DNA of 64,000 bases from Lingula anatina (taxonomy: Eukaryota; Animalia; Brachiopoda): positions 12,126,644 to 12,190,643 of the forward strand of contig CM120643.1 in the NCBI GenBank assembly GCA_051362555.1. The letters are read 5' to 3'. Every line of letters starts with the position of its first letter. The stretch's first letter is position 1. Of the stretch, positions 37,921-52,757 are shown in pieces. The translations under genes were made by a program, and so were the position numbers. The notes under the pieces are model-generated. The model saw only the letters and a list, made by a program, of their open reading frames with translations, was not told the DNA's origin and did no database searches.

Positions 37921-40900
37921 TGAATATATTTCATGATTAAATCATTTCTGGCATGAACATGTCTTAAAAGTCTGTTCACTATAGGTAAGGCAAAGGCTAT
38001 TAAGAAATGAAGTATATATGTTTAAGTTGATCAACTGTCGAGTGACTGTCACATCACTGACTGAAGAGACATTTAGGATAATTGTGTTCATTTTTTCTTT
38101 GCTTTCCTATAACTGCGAAGAATTCCATATTTATTCTGGACTAGAATTTTAGACAGGTGAGGTTGCATTATGATGGCTTCCTTCCTACCAATGGAATATT
38201 TTAGTGAAACTAATCACTTAAGGAATGAAAAAAAAATCCTAAAATAAAATAACACAAAAAACAAAGGCCACCGGCTGCACATTATACGCTCGTGCATTTA
38301 CTGACAAATTTCTAACCATGATATATTTCTGCTACAATGCGGCTTTTAATGTACACATTAGGATAAGGTTACATAGAATTGCCTTACCATATGGCTGTTC
38401 TCAATGAATTTATTTTTTCAATTTTTTTTTAAATTCAAAATTAAAAGTAACAATTACTCAAGTGCAGTGAAGCAGTGGCCATCAAAATGTAAAATAACTA
38501 CTGACAAGGGCGTTTTAATGGCCTAAGCAGAAGTTAACTTCCATTTAAGTTTGCTGCTTGTTTCTTAATTTGATGATCTTAATTTCTTCAGGGTGGTCAC
38601 AAAATGCGCACTCTTCACTGAACAATGATGACAACTATTAATATATACAATGTAATATCAATATTAACACAACATTTTGTACAAATCCTAAAAACAATTC
38701 AAGATATTTTTTTAAAACTTTCACTTTCTACTGACAATAAGCCTCAAAATACTTATAAATTAACATTCACTGACACACAAACTAAAATTTCTTTATTCTC
38801 ATTTTGTAGATTCTGATTCTATTTGGATACAAGTAAATATCTTAGGAATGCAGACACAACAGCCAGAACAGATCCTAACATCAAGTTGTCTGAGAGGATG
38901 AACTCCACAATAACAGTGGGACATCCAGAAATCCCAACAATTTCATGTTGGGATCAAAGAAAGTATTTCAACTGCTTGGTATCAGGGTACGAGAGAGGGT
39001 GAAAAAACAGTATGGAGCCTTACAAGATAACAGAAACTACAGGTACAAACACTTATTTTTTTTTACTTAGGGATACACAGAAAATATGAAAATGTTATAT
39101 ATAGTATTTTGTTTTTGGACAAAAGGTTATTCTGACTTGTGGAAAAAAAAAAACAGAATTATTTTCTAAAATCAACTTCTAAAACAGCATATTTTTTTCA
39201 GGATATTTAAGTTTTTAGATCTCCTTTTTATCATAAAAAAGTGCCAAAGACTTTTGTTAGCTGAATACCATCACAACCTATATGATTTAAAACCATCCCA
39301 GGGTTTTTTTTCACTCCATCCATGTGCTCTATTAATCTTGACACAAACAGAGTCGTGTTTGTTTATTCTGTCTTGTAAACATAATTCTTCTTCCAGTGTG
39401 TATTACCTCTCCTAAACATTTGCCCTGGAGGCTGTAACTTCATCCATACCACATCAACAAACAGACAAACTGGAACCTAAACTAAATACCAAATTTTAGA
39501 CCAAAACTTTATTCTTTTTTTTTTTTTTTTTCCTTTTCAGATGGATAAAAAAAACCTTCAAAATATCCGATCTATTCAACATATCACTTCTGCAATGCGG
39601 TGGTCCACAACCTGTCCTAAACAACCTCTTCCATCGTGAATAAAAAATAGACGCTAAATGCGGCAGGGTCCAACTTCCTGTTAAATGCCACACTAACTGT
39701 ATCACTTTCCTGCGATAGCATCTCAAGATTAAGCACTTTTTTCCAAATGAGTGCCTGTCGGCTACTATAAACAGTAGCATTTCACTCAGGTAAGAGAAAT
39801 AACCAATGCAGTGATAAAGCTTCAACTTTTGACATTCCTCTGGCTTGTCTATTATTCTGTTTATTATTCCTGTGCTCAAACTTGCTTTTGTTTGTTTATT
39901 CTTCTATTTATATATTCTGTCTATTATGCGTGCTATTCATTTTGCAAGTTAAAGATACATTATCTGTTTTTCTTATGGTATTCAAAGAGGTATATTTCTG
40001 AGTTATAAACTATAAAATACAGGACTAAAAGAAAGTTTTGATTATTTAGTTATTTGGAAGACTTCTAATGTGATTTAAGTTGCAATCATTTAATTCATGA
40101 CAAGTGAAACATTTCGTAATCAACCTGTCTTGAGTCAGACCACCACAGACTCCTAAATTATCCCAAGTTTCTTATTTCAGTTTATAAAACGCCAAAGAAA
40201 ATTTATTTTGCACCTCCTTTTGCTTCTCAAAGTCATCAAAACAATGTCAAACAGTTACAGCAATTTTTCAAATCAATTTACAAAGGGAAAGGGTAAAACC
40301 CCCTGATAGTATAAATCTTGTGAAGTAAATAACTGTAGGCTGTCAGAAAACACTTTGCCCTTTAAAACAAACTGTACAAAAGGGGGAAAACGGTCTTTTT
40401 TTGGAATACCAGACAGGTCAGTTGTGGTCAGCCAAGTATTTTGATTTACGGTCACTTCTACTTGACCTGCAGGACTATTAGTGCTTTATTCACTGAACTC
40501 TGGGCAATTCTTTTACTGTAAGACAAAATTACAACAAAGCATGTATTACACCGTTATCTGAAAGCTTTTACTCTATTAAATTAAGTCAAAATATAAATAA
40601 AAAATAGCAGAACTTTTTTTGTGAAGTTTAATTCTCCTTTCAAGTAAATATCTTTATTTTTTTAAATCAATGCATGTCAGCAGTGAGACAAATTCGTTTT
40701 TAGTGCATATGATTTTTTTTAAAATAAGTCACTTGCCTAATGTGCAAAGGAATCAGTTTGGTCATGTTTCCCGATTTCTTCCTACAGTAAGTAAAAGCCT
40801 AACGTAAGCTCTAGTTGACAGTGAACCAGAAATTAGGCAGGTCATTTACCTGGGTTCTTGTATAGGTGCCCTTTTCGGTTGTCTAGAACACGGATTGAAA

Positions 40901-41374
40901 AAGATCTAGGGTCTATTTGACAAATGCAATTTTTAGATTATGATTGATGTTACAGATCTGTTGCTAAATTTCTGTGCATCTAAATAGCATCCTAAGAATG
41001 AAACTCATAAAAAGAAATAACTTATAGCTAACAAAGATCTCAGACATTTTTTGTTGATATTTTCACTTTTCTGTAAGAAACTTTATTTTGGTTGATATCA
41101 ATTTTTTCCAGATGACTTAATGTGGTAAAATAAATAAATAAATAAATAAATATATATATATATAATATTGTTCTCTATTTCATGTGCCTTTTTCAAAACC
41201 AAGATTTGTCTTGCATTTTGTTTACTTTTTCTAAAATCTTTATCGAATGGAAACTTAAACCTACTTAGCAATTGGCAAATTTTCTTTTTCACAAATAACA
41301 GAAAGAAGATATGAAATGTCTAGGCAGAATAAAAGAAATGTACACAAATATAATGAATGTTTCTATAAACTCGC

Positions 41375-41375
<1 letters not shown>

Positions 41376-41433
<58 letters not shown>
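41376..41433. repeat. (ATCT)n tetranucleotide microsatellite
   Basis: Read directly; about 14 units. Confidence 0.95.
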
Positions 41434-44400
41434 GCTAGCTGTGCAAGAGGGTTCACCATTTTCAGCATATTTGTCAGTATATAACTGCCTGACACTGCGC
41501 CTACCTTACACATATGGAGCGTAGTTATCTGGTTAAGAGTTGTAGTACTATACATGTGACATACTGATTGGAAGCAAAACTTCATTAAAAAGGTCTGCCC
41601 AAAATAACACAACTGTTGCTCCACGCAATCTAGTTCACCTAACGAGCTGGGAATGAGCTCCCAGACTCCAAAACAAATAACTCTTAATTGGTAAAGGTGG
41701 GAGCTGCTATGGCTGGCCTGAAAACCAAATGCATAACTAAATTTCAAGGCCTGCAGCACAAATGTTTTTCACTTTTGCCAGCATTATGTACTAAAGTTGC
41801 AGTCCGCATATTTGAGATGATTTTTTTTTTGTACATCTCCCAAAACACTGGGCTCACTACTGACGATGTATTAGCTATAAAGCAACATTTTCATGTTGTA
41901 TTACGTTATCCACAATCAACTGAGATGATAACCCCAACAGTTCTTTCTGACCTGGAAATTGTTTCATCCTAAAATATTAAATTGTACTTTTCAGAAACAC
42001 TAAATAAGGAACAGGTGCCAACATGGTCTACCTCACAGTACCTACAAGTCAACAGCAATACTGAGGATGAGTTTTGTCTCTGGCTAACACTTAACAAATA
42101 TCAGGCTACAAATTCTTCAATCAACTTAAAAGTTTGCTTCTCAGTAAGCCTTTGAAATTTGCAAAAGGAAAAAAAAAAACTTTTGTTTCAATTATAATGA
42201 TATTTCCCTAAAATGTGTGAAGAGTTTGTGACAGAAAAGTCTAAAATGTATTTCCAAGAATGTTTGAGTACATTCACATTTCAAGCTGTGTTTTGAGACG
42301 AAACAAAAACGGTAAGAGCAAATAATTCCGAAAAGAGAGAAATTTCAGGTTCTTGGTATTTGTACCAAATTTTCTATACATACCGATATTGAAAGTTGTT
42401 GCTATAAAATCTGAGAAGCATAATATTCTACAAGATGTTTGAAATTTTTAGAAAACTTTGTAGAAAAATGAATAATACCAATTCAATAAAAAAAAAAAAA
42501 GCAAACACATCATCTTACTTCTTTGTCTCTGATATGCATTTCTTTTAGACAATGAAAAAAATCTACAAACATATCAAATCCTACAATTTATCACACTCTC
42601 ACGTAAAGTGATTAAAAATTTCATTTACAGGCACCTCCCAAGATAAAATAAACCTACTGCCTAGATGGGGAATTAAACATACCTAATCATCCAAATATCT
42701 CTTGTCCTTCTTGGCTATGTTAAGCAGAAATAACCATGATCCATTAACTTTGAAATACATACAGGCTTGATCCACTGTGGCGAGATCTCAATCTCATTCT
42801 CTCTGAAAAAAGCCTCAAGATGCTTCAAACAAAGTTCTCCTCTGACCATTTTCAATAAGTATTCCCCTCTCACCTCTGCTGCAATGAGAATTTCACCAAG
42901 AACCTCGATTTTTAATTAACATTACATCAATACAGGACAGGTGCGGGGCATTAGATAAACCTTTTTTTATTTGGCAGGAGGTGTCGTGGTGTAAAATTTC
43001 CCACTGGCACGCTTTCTGTGGTCAAGTATTTTTCACAGTGCTGCCACTTCGTGGTTAGGAACTCGTGGATTTCTTTGTAGATGTCAAAGAAAGCCTGAAA
43101 CCACATCATCAATCTTTTTCATACGACTTCTAGCAATTTTCTACAAAGCCATCTGTCCTATTACTTACAATGAATATCAATTCAGTGGAGAGAAAAAAAA
43201 TCCATTGTTAAATAAATAATCATTTCAAAAAAAAAAAAAAATTTAACAATAGAATTCAACCATTTTGTTTAATAGAAAGATAAATTGTGAGCTCAAATGC
43301 TTTTTGTTTTACTGACACAGAAATGAAATCATCAAATAAATCATATTGACAATAAAAATAAATCTAAATTCTGAATACATGTTTAAATAAGTGGTTTATC
43401 TACAAACAATCATAAAAAAAAATTAGGCAAAATAAATCCACCATAAAAAATCTCTACAATGTTTAATTGATTGGAAAATAATATTTAAAGGAATTTTTGG
43501 CCATGAATAGAGTCAAAATTGATATCATAAAATGAAAAAAAGTTCACAACAGGTTTATCAGAAAAAGTGGTTAATTCACCATATATAGTAAACTATGAGG
43601 CAAATACAATGGTAACCAAGAAAGACAGACTGACATAGAAAAGAAAAGAGGAAAATGAAAGAGAAAGACTCAACCGAGTCATAAAAAAGAAGGAATGAGG
43701 AAAAAAATCGGCATGATACCTAAATACTATGTGAAGGTAGCAGCTGCTTAAAAAAAAAAAGAAAGAAGAGAAATACCACAAACTCACAAGATCCCATAGT
43801 AGTGCCTCCCGCTTATCCTCTGGTGAAATAAAACTCTTAACCATGAAGGATAATAGGTATTTACTATTAGGGTCAGAAAAAGCTCACAAAAATGGCAAAG
43901 GCATAACTCGAGCACGGAGCCAGCAGCGTATATACTCACAGAGCCAGGTGTAACTGACCACAAATTCGGTTGACTCACCGATCAAACAGTTTTTACGAAG
44001 AGCACCTCAGCGTGGGCTTTAGTTTGAGAAAGAAAACCACCAACCCCAACAGCCCGTCTGTTTCTAATTTTTCTATCTCCATGATCCCACCTACACACTA
44101 CCAGGATCTCGACCACAAGGCCCTCCTTACAAGGCGTTATTACCACCATGTTTACTATACCCCTACTACTACATGGCAAGGTGTATGGCACCAGATGAAT
44201 CAGAAGAGTGAAAAACCCAAACAAAAATATATATTTCAGTACCAGATCCCCAAAGGGCTCTTCCCTAATTGAAAAACCCTAGTTGTTTGCCTATTTATAG
44301 TATTTACCATTTCAGAAGCTAAAACCAGCTCAAACGTCTAATTTCTTGACATTTTCACAAAGTTTTTTTTCTTTTTGTTCATCTTTTTCTTTTTTTATGG

Positions 44401-45021
44401 AGGGGGGGGGGGGCAGATACTGAAATAAATCACCACAATTTAAAAAAAAAAAAAATTGGTTAAAATTCCCCGAAGAACAACTTAACATCACTTCAACTGC
44501 TGTTTGTCGTTTTCAACTTGTTTGACATTCATTTCAGTTTACCTGCGGTAACATGATATCTCCACCTGTATAGTAAGCCTGACACCTTCACCTTTTCTTT
44601 CTTTTTTTATTTGTCATGAATTTTCAACCTTCTTGAATATCTTGTTGGGTAACACGCACGATTGGTAATGCGAGAGTGCTCTTCTACGGCTCAGCTGTTT
44701 GCCTTTTAAAATCCTGTTCTTCCTTTTCATAAATCTCCGAATCCTTCAGAAGTGTTTTGAATGATACTCATATTTAACAATGGGAGTCAACAGAAGAAAA
44801 ATATGACACCAATTTGATGTTTTAAATCCATCATTTTTTTTCTTTTTTTTTAATCTGTAGCAATCAAATTCAAGATTGAATAATTCTATGTTTTCTACAA
44901 GGTTCATATTATTGTCTCATATATATACTAGTATACTTCATTGAATTTTAGCGCGTTATTATCTACACCAGAGTAAGCAAACAAAGACAGCAACAAAAAT
45001 CATTTTTTCTAAATTCCTGAA

Positions 45022-45312
45022 AAAACCTCAACACTGTCAAGTGGTTTTGGCTTTAGAAAATGGCTTTTGACTCTTTAAAGTTCAATGAATTAACATTAAA
45101 GGAGTTCACTTCAAAATTAGGCCTTAGTTTTTTCAGCCCATCTTTATTTTCATCAGAGAGTAATCAAACAAAGATAGCACCAAATTACTTTCAAAAATAT
45201 GAAAAATCTCAACACTGTCAAGTGGTTTTGAATTACAGAAAATGGCTTTTGGCTCTTAAAAGTCCAAAAAATTAACATAAAAGGAGTTCACTTCAAAGGT
45301 AGGCTTCAGTTT
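45022..45312. repeat. Diverged direct repeat of about 110 bp, offset about 180 bp
   Basis: CTCAACACTGTCAAGTGGTTTTG...AGAAAATGGCTTTTG...AAAGGAGTTCACTTCAAA occurs twice. Confidence 0.85.
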
Positions 45313-47915
45313 CTTTGTGAAATCTCACTGCTGATTAAAAAAGAAGAAATGAGAACAGAATAAACTAGAATTTTCTATCTCTGTCTTGAATGATTTTTCA
45401 TCTCGTCAATTCGCTTTTACTTCAAAGAAAACATAAATATTAATGTAGCAGCAAATGAATGTAAAAACATTTATTGATTGACATGCATACAAGAATTATT
45501 CCTGCATTTTTTAACATCTGCACTACTGCCACCTATTGCTTTGTTTCTAATAAAACTCATTTCCGATGTCGAGCATTTATCTGTAAGAATTACCTTGGCA
45601 AAACCTCTCCCTTCAATATCTTTAAGTCATCCAAAATGATATACTAGAACAAGCCGTTCCTTATTACACAACATGCCATAATATTTCTTATTACATAGCT
45701 GTTGCTAGGAAACCAATTTCTGAAGCACCTGGGAAAACTACAATAATAATAACCTTTGCATGTTTGAGCTTGTGCAAATGTGATATGGCTACTCTCTGTA
45801 GTAATTTGCTCTCCACAGTGCCATCATATTTGATTGCAAACTAACAGCTAGTCTACAACACCAGTTGGGCATTTTACCTAAAATATGGTCAATACACAGA
45901 CAATATTACAGCAGCTTATTAACCTTATTGTACTGAGGGAACAAACAGTGTGTGACTGAATAACACAATTTTAAAATCCTGTTCATTTGTTTCACAATGT
46001 TTTTTCTTTCTACCAAAGTCCCCATGTTTTTTTCTTAGAGTATCACAGGAATTAGTCATATTTTGGTTTAACTTTATAACATGTCTGAAGTAAGATTTAC
46101 TTAATTTTTCTTCATCTATTTGCTCTTTCCAGGTGGGTTTTCTTTGACAAAAAAAAACTCCCAGAGTTACAGGTGCAGTGGTCACTGTACCACAGATCCT
46201 GAGTCAAACCTCTTCGGAATCCAACCATCACATAGGATAGCAGTCTCAGATAAAAATACATAGGTCACTTGTAAAGTGCAAAATAAATACATATTATATT
46301 TTCTCCCCCCCCCCCCCCCCAAGGCTTCCATAGTAAAGGTCACCATGGGAGAGGTCTAAAACTTTCTATCATGTTATTTTTAAGTGGAAAATTAGGTGAA
46401 AAAGATACATTTTTTGCTGTTTGATATTTACGTCATAGACATAGTGGTGATAGAGAGTCACCCAGACTCCCTGTTATGAGTACAATTTTAAGTCCAGCTT
46501 TTGAAATATATTTCAATAAATGGGTACAAAGAGACTTTAAAATCCAAACAAGAGAAAAACAGTTCCCAAAATTAAAAACCAAATTGCTCTCAGCACTATA
46601 ACTATCATGAATATGAATATCCTAAACTCTTACCAAAAAGAAAAATAATTTCATCAAATCCTCCACAATATTAACAACTATATATCGATTCAACCGCTAA
46701 CTTTTCCTATAGTTTAAAATGAACCATTGATGCCTAAGTGGGTCAAAAGTACCGTTACAAACTCATTTTTGTGCACAATTACAATCTTCCAAGATACTGA
46801 CTGCACTTGCTCTCATTGAAATAAGACCAAACTATGGTCGGGTCGTCTACTGGGCCAAGCTGTCTATAGGCCGAGTAGTGCAGGTAGGTATCAGTTTCAA
46901 GACCCTCATGACTAAAGACAATGAGACATTTGCATACAGTTACAAAAGACCCCCATTAAATCGAGGTAGTACCTGTATTAGTTCAAAAACACACAAATGA
47001 AAACGCAATTCATTCACAATGGCGCTGCCTCAGCTGGCTGGACTTGTTACCAGTCTCCAATAACAAACCCTACTCCAGGTAATACAATTGTTAGGAACCT
47101 CAGATGCAAAGGTACATTTCTGAGGTTCACAGAAATTGTGGACTTTTTCCAGAAAACTCCGGATTCATTGGAACTTCGTCAAAATGTTTCAGAAAACTGG
47201 TTTTGTTATGTTAATATGTTCTGAAACTCGTTTTCAAATTCATGCATCTCATTTATCTTAAATCGATGGATAATACCGCATAAAGCATAACATGTTAGTT
47301 TAACTTGAATATTATTGATCTTCATCATGTGAGATATTTTGTCAACTACTTCTACCTAATGGGCAACACAGACAAACACACGCACACACACACGCATGCG
47401 TACAAGCGGTGTGCCTCCATCTCTAATACTGGATATCATTGCAAAGAACAAAGCCCAATAAAAATGTTCATGCTTTATAATTTTTTTACTGACAACATTT
47501 CTGAATTGAAAAGTAATAACAGCACCACTGCTCCATCTATCACCATGACAAATATATGTTGATAAAAAATCATCCGTATCACATTGATAAGCCACAAGAC
47601 CTACCATAAAGTTTCTCTTTTCTAAGTTTATTATTTTTTGTAGACAGTAAAGTGAACTCCCCCTGTCCATTATACACATAAACCTGCAGGTTTTATTGCC
47701 ATACTAAAAGTGTTGCATCAGACACTGACAAAGTGATGATGCCAGGATCATAAAAAAGAAGCCTCATAAAACTACTACACTCTGATGTACTTCCCAGAAA
47801 TGGTGGATTGTGGACAGGGTGGAAATGGTAGGCAGTTTACCAATCCACATTATTTCCATTGTTACTGTAATGATAGTTATTTTATTTTTACAGAACTATG
47901 TGTGATATATGACCA

Positions 47916-48425
47916 CTGACAGGTCTGACCATCTGACAACTGACAGGTCTGAAAACAGACCATTTGACAACTGACAGGTCTGACCATCTGGCAACTGACA
48001 GGTCTGAAAACAGACCATTTGACAACTGACAGGTCTGAAAGCAGGCCATCTGACAACTGTAGGTCTGACCATCTGACAACTGACAGGTCTGAAAACAGAC
48101 CATCTGACAACTGTAGGTCTGACCATCTGACAACTGACAGGTCTGAAAACAGACCATTTGACAACTGACAGGTCTGACCATATGGCAACGGACAGGTCTG
48201 AAAACAGACCATCTGACAACTGACAGGTCTGAAAGCAGGCCATCTGACAACTGACCTTCTGACCACATGATAACTGGATAATCTGAAAACTCACAGCTGA
48301 TAACCAACAGGTCTGACTACCTGACAACTGACAGCTCTGACAATCAGCAACTGACATTTAGATGGTCCATCATGGGTGATCTGAAAACTCGTATCTATCT
48401 GACAACTGACAGGTTTGACAACTGA
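47916..48425. repeat. Minisatellite of interleaved 23/24-bp and 31-bp units with a degenerate tail
   Basis: Units CTGACAGGTCTGACCATCTGACAA and CTGACAGGTCTGAAAACAGACCATYTGACAA; regular to about 48255, then decayed. Confidence 0.93.
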
Positions 48426-49586
48426 GTGGAATGAAAATGACATCTAACAAAAGATTGACATGATATCTGTACTAAAAACAACAAACTCAGTAAGAATAGA
48501 AACCAAGCTTACTATTAACTATAAATAATAACATGTGTCTGTCTGACAGCTTATTATAATGATTAAGTGGATTATGTTAGTTATTGTGTTGTTGGCACAT
48601 ATTTATATAGAGTGATGGATCAAATGACAAATATAATTATGTCATTGCTATTGAGACACTAGCTGAAAGTGCCGATAAAACTAGATTATGAGCTTCTGAA
48701 ATAAGAATTGTATAACCATAGGTGAGACAGTTACACAGATGGGTGAAAATGAACGAGAAGGAAGGGAAGAAAACCAATATGTTGCCAGTTCACACACTCG
48801 GGAGTCTAAAAATAAAAATGTTGTCTATCATTAATGCACTACAACATAACAGAACAAGAAAGGCGATTAGCTTTGAGCAAATTCAGCTCTTTGTTCTCTC
48901 TGCCCATTAAGGCCTGCCCAACTTGCGAAGAAAAACTGCTCGAAAACACTGCCATCACATCGCCACTTGGCCACTGCTGGAAGTGTACTATTGATTCCGC
49001 ACAGGGTGTATTACTCAGGTGTAATTGGTGGTGTGATCCAAGGCAACCTAATGGTGCCGTTTTTCTAATGTGGCGGTTGCCTTTTCAGGCCACATTCTAA
49101 GTACTGCCTGGGGGGGTTTTCATAAAAGAAGTTAAGGCTGAAAATTAGTCAACTTTGAAAATCAAATATGTGTCTACTTCAGTTCAGATCATACCTGTAT
49201 GTAGTAGTTGACTGAAATAAACTATCAGACTAACTGAGTGTTAAACATTAGCCTTATCTTTTTTTGTTATAAAGAGACAGTGCCACATTAAACTGGACCA
49301 ATGATACCTTAACTTGGGTCCTGGAAGACTAACATTTTGCTTCAAAATTTCAGTCTCAATTCATTCTGTAGACCAGACCCCCCCTTTACCACTTCAACTG
49401 ATAGATGTCACAACAATCAGAGTCACCACTACAGCAGAAGTCCACCTGACTCAATCATTGTGGTCATTTTATCTTATTAATAGGTGAATCAAGACAGACA
49501 CAAACCTGAACAGGTTAAGGTTCTGATGGTGTCACCAGACGAACAATTTGCATAATTAGTGATTTTATGGCCTACATGTAGTGGGA

Positions 49587-49587
<1 letters not shown>

Positions 49588-49647
<60 letters not shown>
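49588..49647. repeat. (CT)n microsatellite
   Basis: Read directly; one interruption. Confidence 0.95.
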
Positions 49648-49649
<2 letters not shown>

Positions 49650-52600
49650 AAGCTACACTTTCTTGTTCAAAGTCAACAGGATCTTAACAAATAACAGCCT
49701 TAACTGGATTACAACAATTAATACTTAACTTGTAACACACATATAATTCAGACACCTTGCAACGTCATTCAGACCTCACTCTGTGCAGGGTTTTCCTGGA
49801 ACTGTAGTTTTCCCACCCAAGGTTATGACACTATGGGGTAAAGCATCAACACTATCAACAGTCCTTACTGACACCACACCAAGAACTCACTACCTGGTAC
49901 TTGTCACCTTGTGTGCAGAGAGGTGTCAACCGCGGAGGGAGTTATTACCTGGTAGTGCAGATGTCACCTTGTATTTCACGACTGTCAACCGAGTCTTAAT
50001 GTTGGCGCCTTGTCTTAAGATGTGAAGTGATTCATTCAAGATCCCCCCCTTCCCTTCCCCCCCCCCCCATTCAATGCCAGCAGAGGTGCAAAGACTGTCT
50101 AATATGGGCAAATGCGTACATGCAAACTTTCCTGCACATGCACAAATAACGTCAAACTAAATTACAGACACAGAGGCATTTAAATGCATGTGTTTCATGC
50201 GAGATGTATGTGACCTAACGAACCTTGTGCGACATATCTTCCAGCTACTTAAATATCACGCAGCTTAGTAACAGAAGAACAAGCATTCCAAGAATCGGAG
50301 CTTCCATAGGCCATACTCATAAAAACTCATACACGTAAAATACAATGGGCCATAATAAGAAAAGCTCATTTTTGACAACTACATAAAAACAAAGTGCAGT
50401 TTATTTAATTGGTTTGACATATAACTTGGATACATTAAGACTGAAAAATGTTTTGTTTTACGCAGTGTGTTATGAAGTTTTGTAATTAAGATGATGAAAA
50501 TGCAAAATAAAAATCTGTAACATGAGAATTGTTCACAATAAACAGTAACTAGAATTATAAGGTGACCAATTGTGTGAGTATATGAACAATATCTATACCC
50601 AAATGGGATAACATCATATATATATTGATTTAACTAATAAAGCATACAGAGAAATATCATTTGTGGATGTACATTCCAACACGGTGCTAATTGCACACCA
50701 AGGTCTGAGCATAATAAAATGCGGATCAAATTCACGTCTAATTTTATCGATTAACAAGGTTAATTTTCTACTACATGTATGTCTGGATCAAGGTCCAGCT
50801 GACCAACAGACTCTGCTATTAGGTGACCTATTTGGGTCTAATATAGGTGTCACAGGAACTGGAGGTAAATACTGAACCAAAATTGCACTTAAAATATTTA
50901 CCATCTAGTACTTGAATTTGTGCACGTCGTGGTGCAGCATAACGATGAGCGAACTCTTCAGGTTATGATTATTTCACTTTTTTCCCAGTTCACATTTCTT
51001 CATTTCTACATAGAGAGGGCCTTATATTAAACCAGTTTTCTGGACTTGGTCATTCTGTTTTGACCACCTTCTGGAGTTGTCATCCATTCTCTGAGACTAG
51101 GGTCAGTTTTAACACCAGATTGTTATCAGATCACATGATAAGAGGTTCAGGCCCAGGTAAACAATGGCAGAGGAGTTAAAGAGACTAAAACAGCAGAGAA
51201 CAATGAATTTGGACAACTCACTACAAGTGGAACTTTTACTGCAGGAAACTACAAAGACAACTAGAAAACTACATGTGAATAGATTGAATTAGATGTAAAA
51301 GGGTAAAGAATAGATGGAAAGAAAGCAGACTCCTTGGGAAAAAAGGTAGCAAAAAGATGCCAAGGAGGAGAACACAAGACAGAGGAGAATGGGAAGAAAA
51401 CACAGGGAAGAGGAGAATGGGAAGAAAACACAGGAAGGAGACTGGTAAACAGAAAAAAAACATAGCAAACTGTTCACAGGGTATTTATACTGGGGATCAA
51501 ATGATAGAAGGGAATTGGGGGGATATTGACAAAAGAACACTGGTGAAAGGAAATGAAGAGGAAGTGGTAATGAAATAGAGATAAAAAAATTATCCCCCCC
51601 CCCATGACAAATCATATCCACGCAAGAACGAAATCATGCTTAATGCAGGTGTCAAATTCAACTTCATAACAAAGCGATCATTTTTTACACGGTAATACCC
51701 GATTTAAGAAAAAATACACTTGCTTAACTGGAGAATAATTATACTGGTATATTATGTTTTCACATAAATCTCCTGGCCTCATTGAACACACTGACAGCTG
51801 AACATAAAATACAAAATAAAAAAAAAATTCTATAGAAATTCATAGCATGCTAATGTGCTACCCCTATGTAAGCTAAGCTCAAATGAAGGTATATTATGTG
51901 AGATTGAAGGCAATAGCTTATTATGGTTCCAACTTTTTTCTTGATATTAACAGATAAATGCAGGTTTGGAAATGCTGATTAATGTTCAGGTTACTGCTCA
52001 GCAGTAAATGGAGCCTCTCTCTCTAGTCCAAAGCAGGTCTTTAAAATTATAGTCATGATAATCATTCATAATTTATGAATTTGAGGTCATGCAATTGCTG
52101 AAAAAAAAAAACTTTTTTTTATTGATAACATGCTTCCTTGTACAGTAATAGATACCAGTTTTCTCTCATTATTTTCAAAAGACCCTGAACTTCTTAAAAC
52201 TTTTTCTCTTTGCTTTCTCTTTTGGCGAAATTAGAACTGTGTTTCTTTACAACACATTTTTATTTTTTAAAACCTTGTGGCTTCTTATGTTTCAAATTAA
52301 ATGCTAGAAACCATTTTCAATGAGCAACTTATAATGTGTGTGTGTGTGTGTGTGTGTATATATAACATGTGAACAGGAATGATGAAAACAAAATCTTTCA
52401 GTTGAGAAATCCTAACAAAAAATTTATCCACTTCAATTTTTATAGAAAAAAAGCTGGTCTCATCCAGAGGTGAAGGTGGGAGGAAAGGGAGGGGTGGGGG
52501 GGGGGGGGGGGGGGAGTCACAAATCAACCAACTGCTGAAAACAGAGCCAATTCATGATGTCATTTTGCTGAGGATCATGCCAAATACTACACTTTAGACA

Positions 52601-52743
52601 GCACTAAAGAAACCAAAAAAAAAAAAAAAAAAAAAATTGGATAAAAAACAGAGAGAAGAGTTTACTATTAAATCAAAGAACAATAATGGATACCATATGA
52701 ACCATAGCAGAGACTACAACTTTTTACTCCAGCATGTTCATCT

Positions 52744-52757
52744 GTTGCCATGGAAAC
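52744..52757. promoter_or_regulatory. RFX X-box motif
   Basis: GTTGCCATGGAAAC fits the GTNRCC-N-RGYAAC-type palindromic consensus. Confidence 0.5.

Noticed and set aside
47877-48357. Three overlapping Cys-rich repetitive ORFs
   Set aside because: They are translations of the minisatellite; unit lengths of 23 and 31 are not multiples of three, so the same peptides rotate among frames.
51269-51621. Hydrophobic minus-strand and Arg/Glu-rich plus-strand ORFs
   Set aside because: Purine-skewed low-complexity DNA with no splice or domain support.
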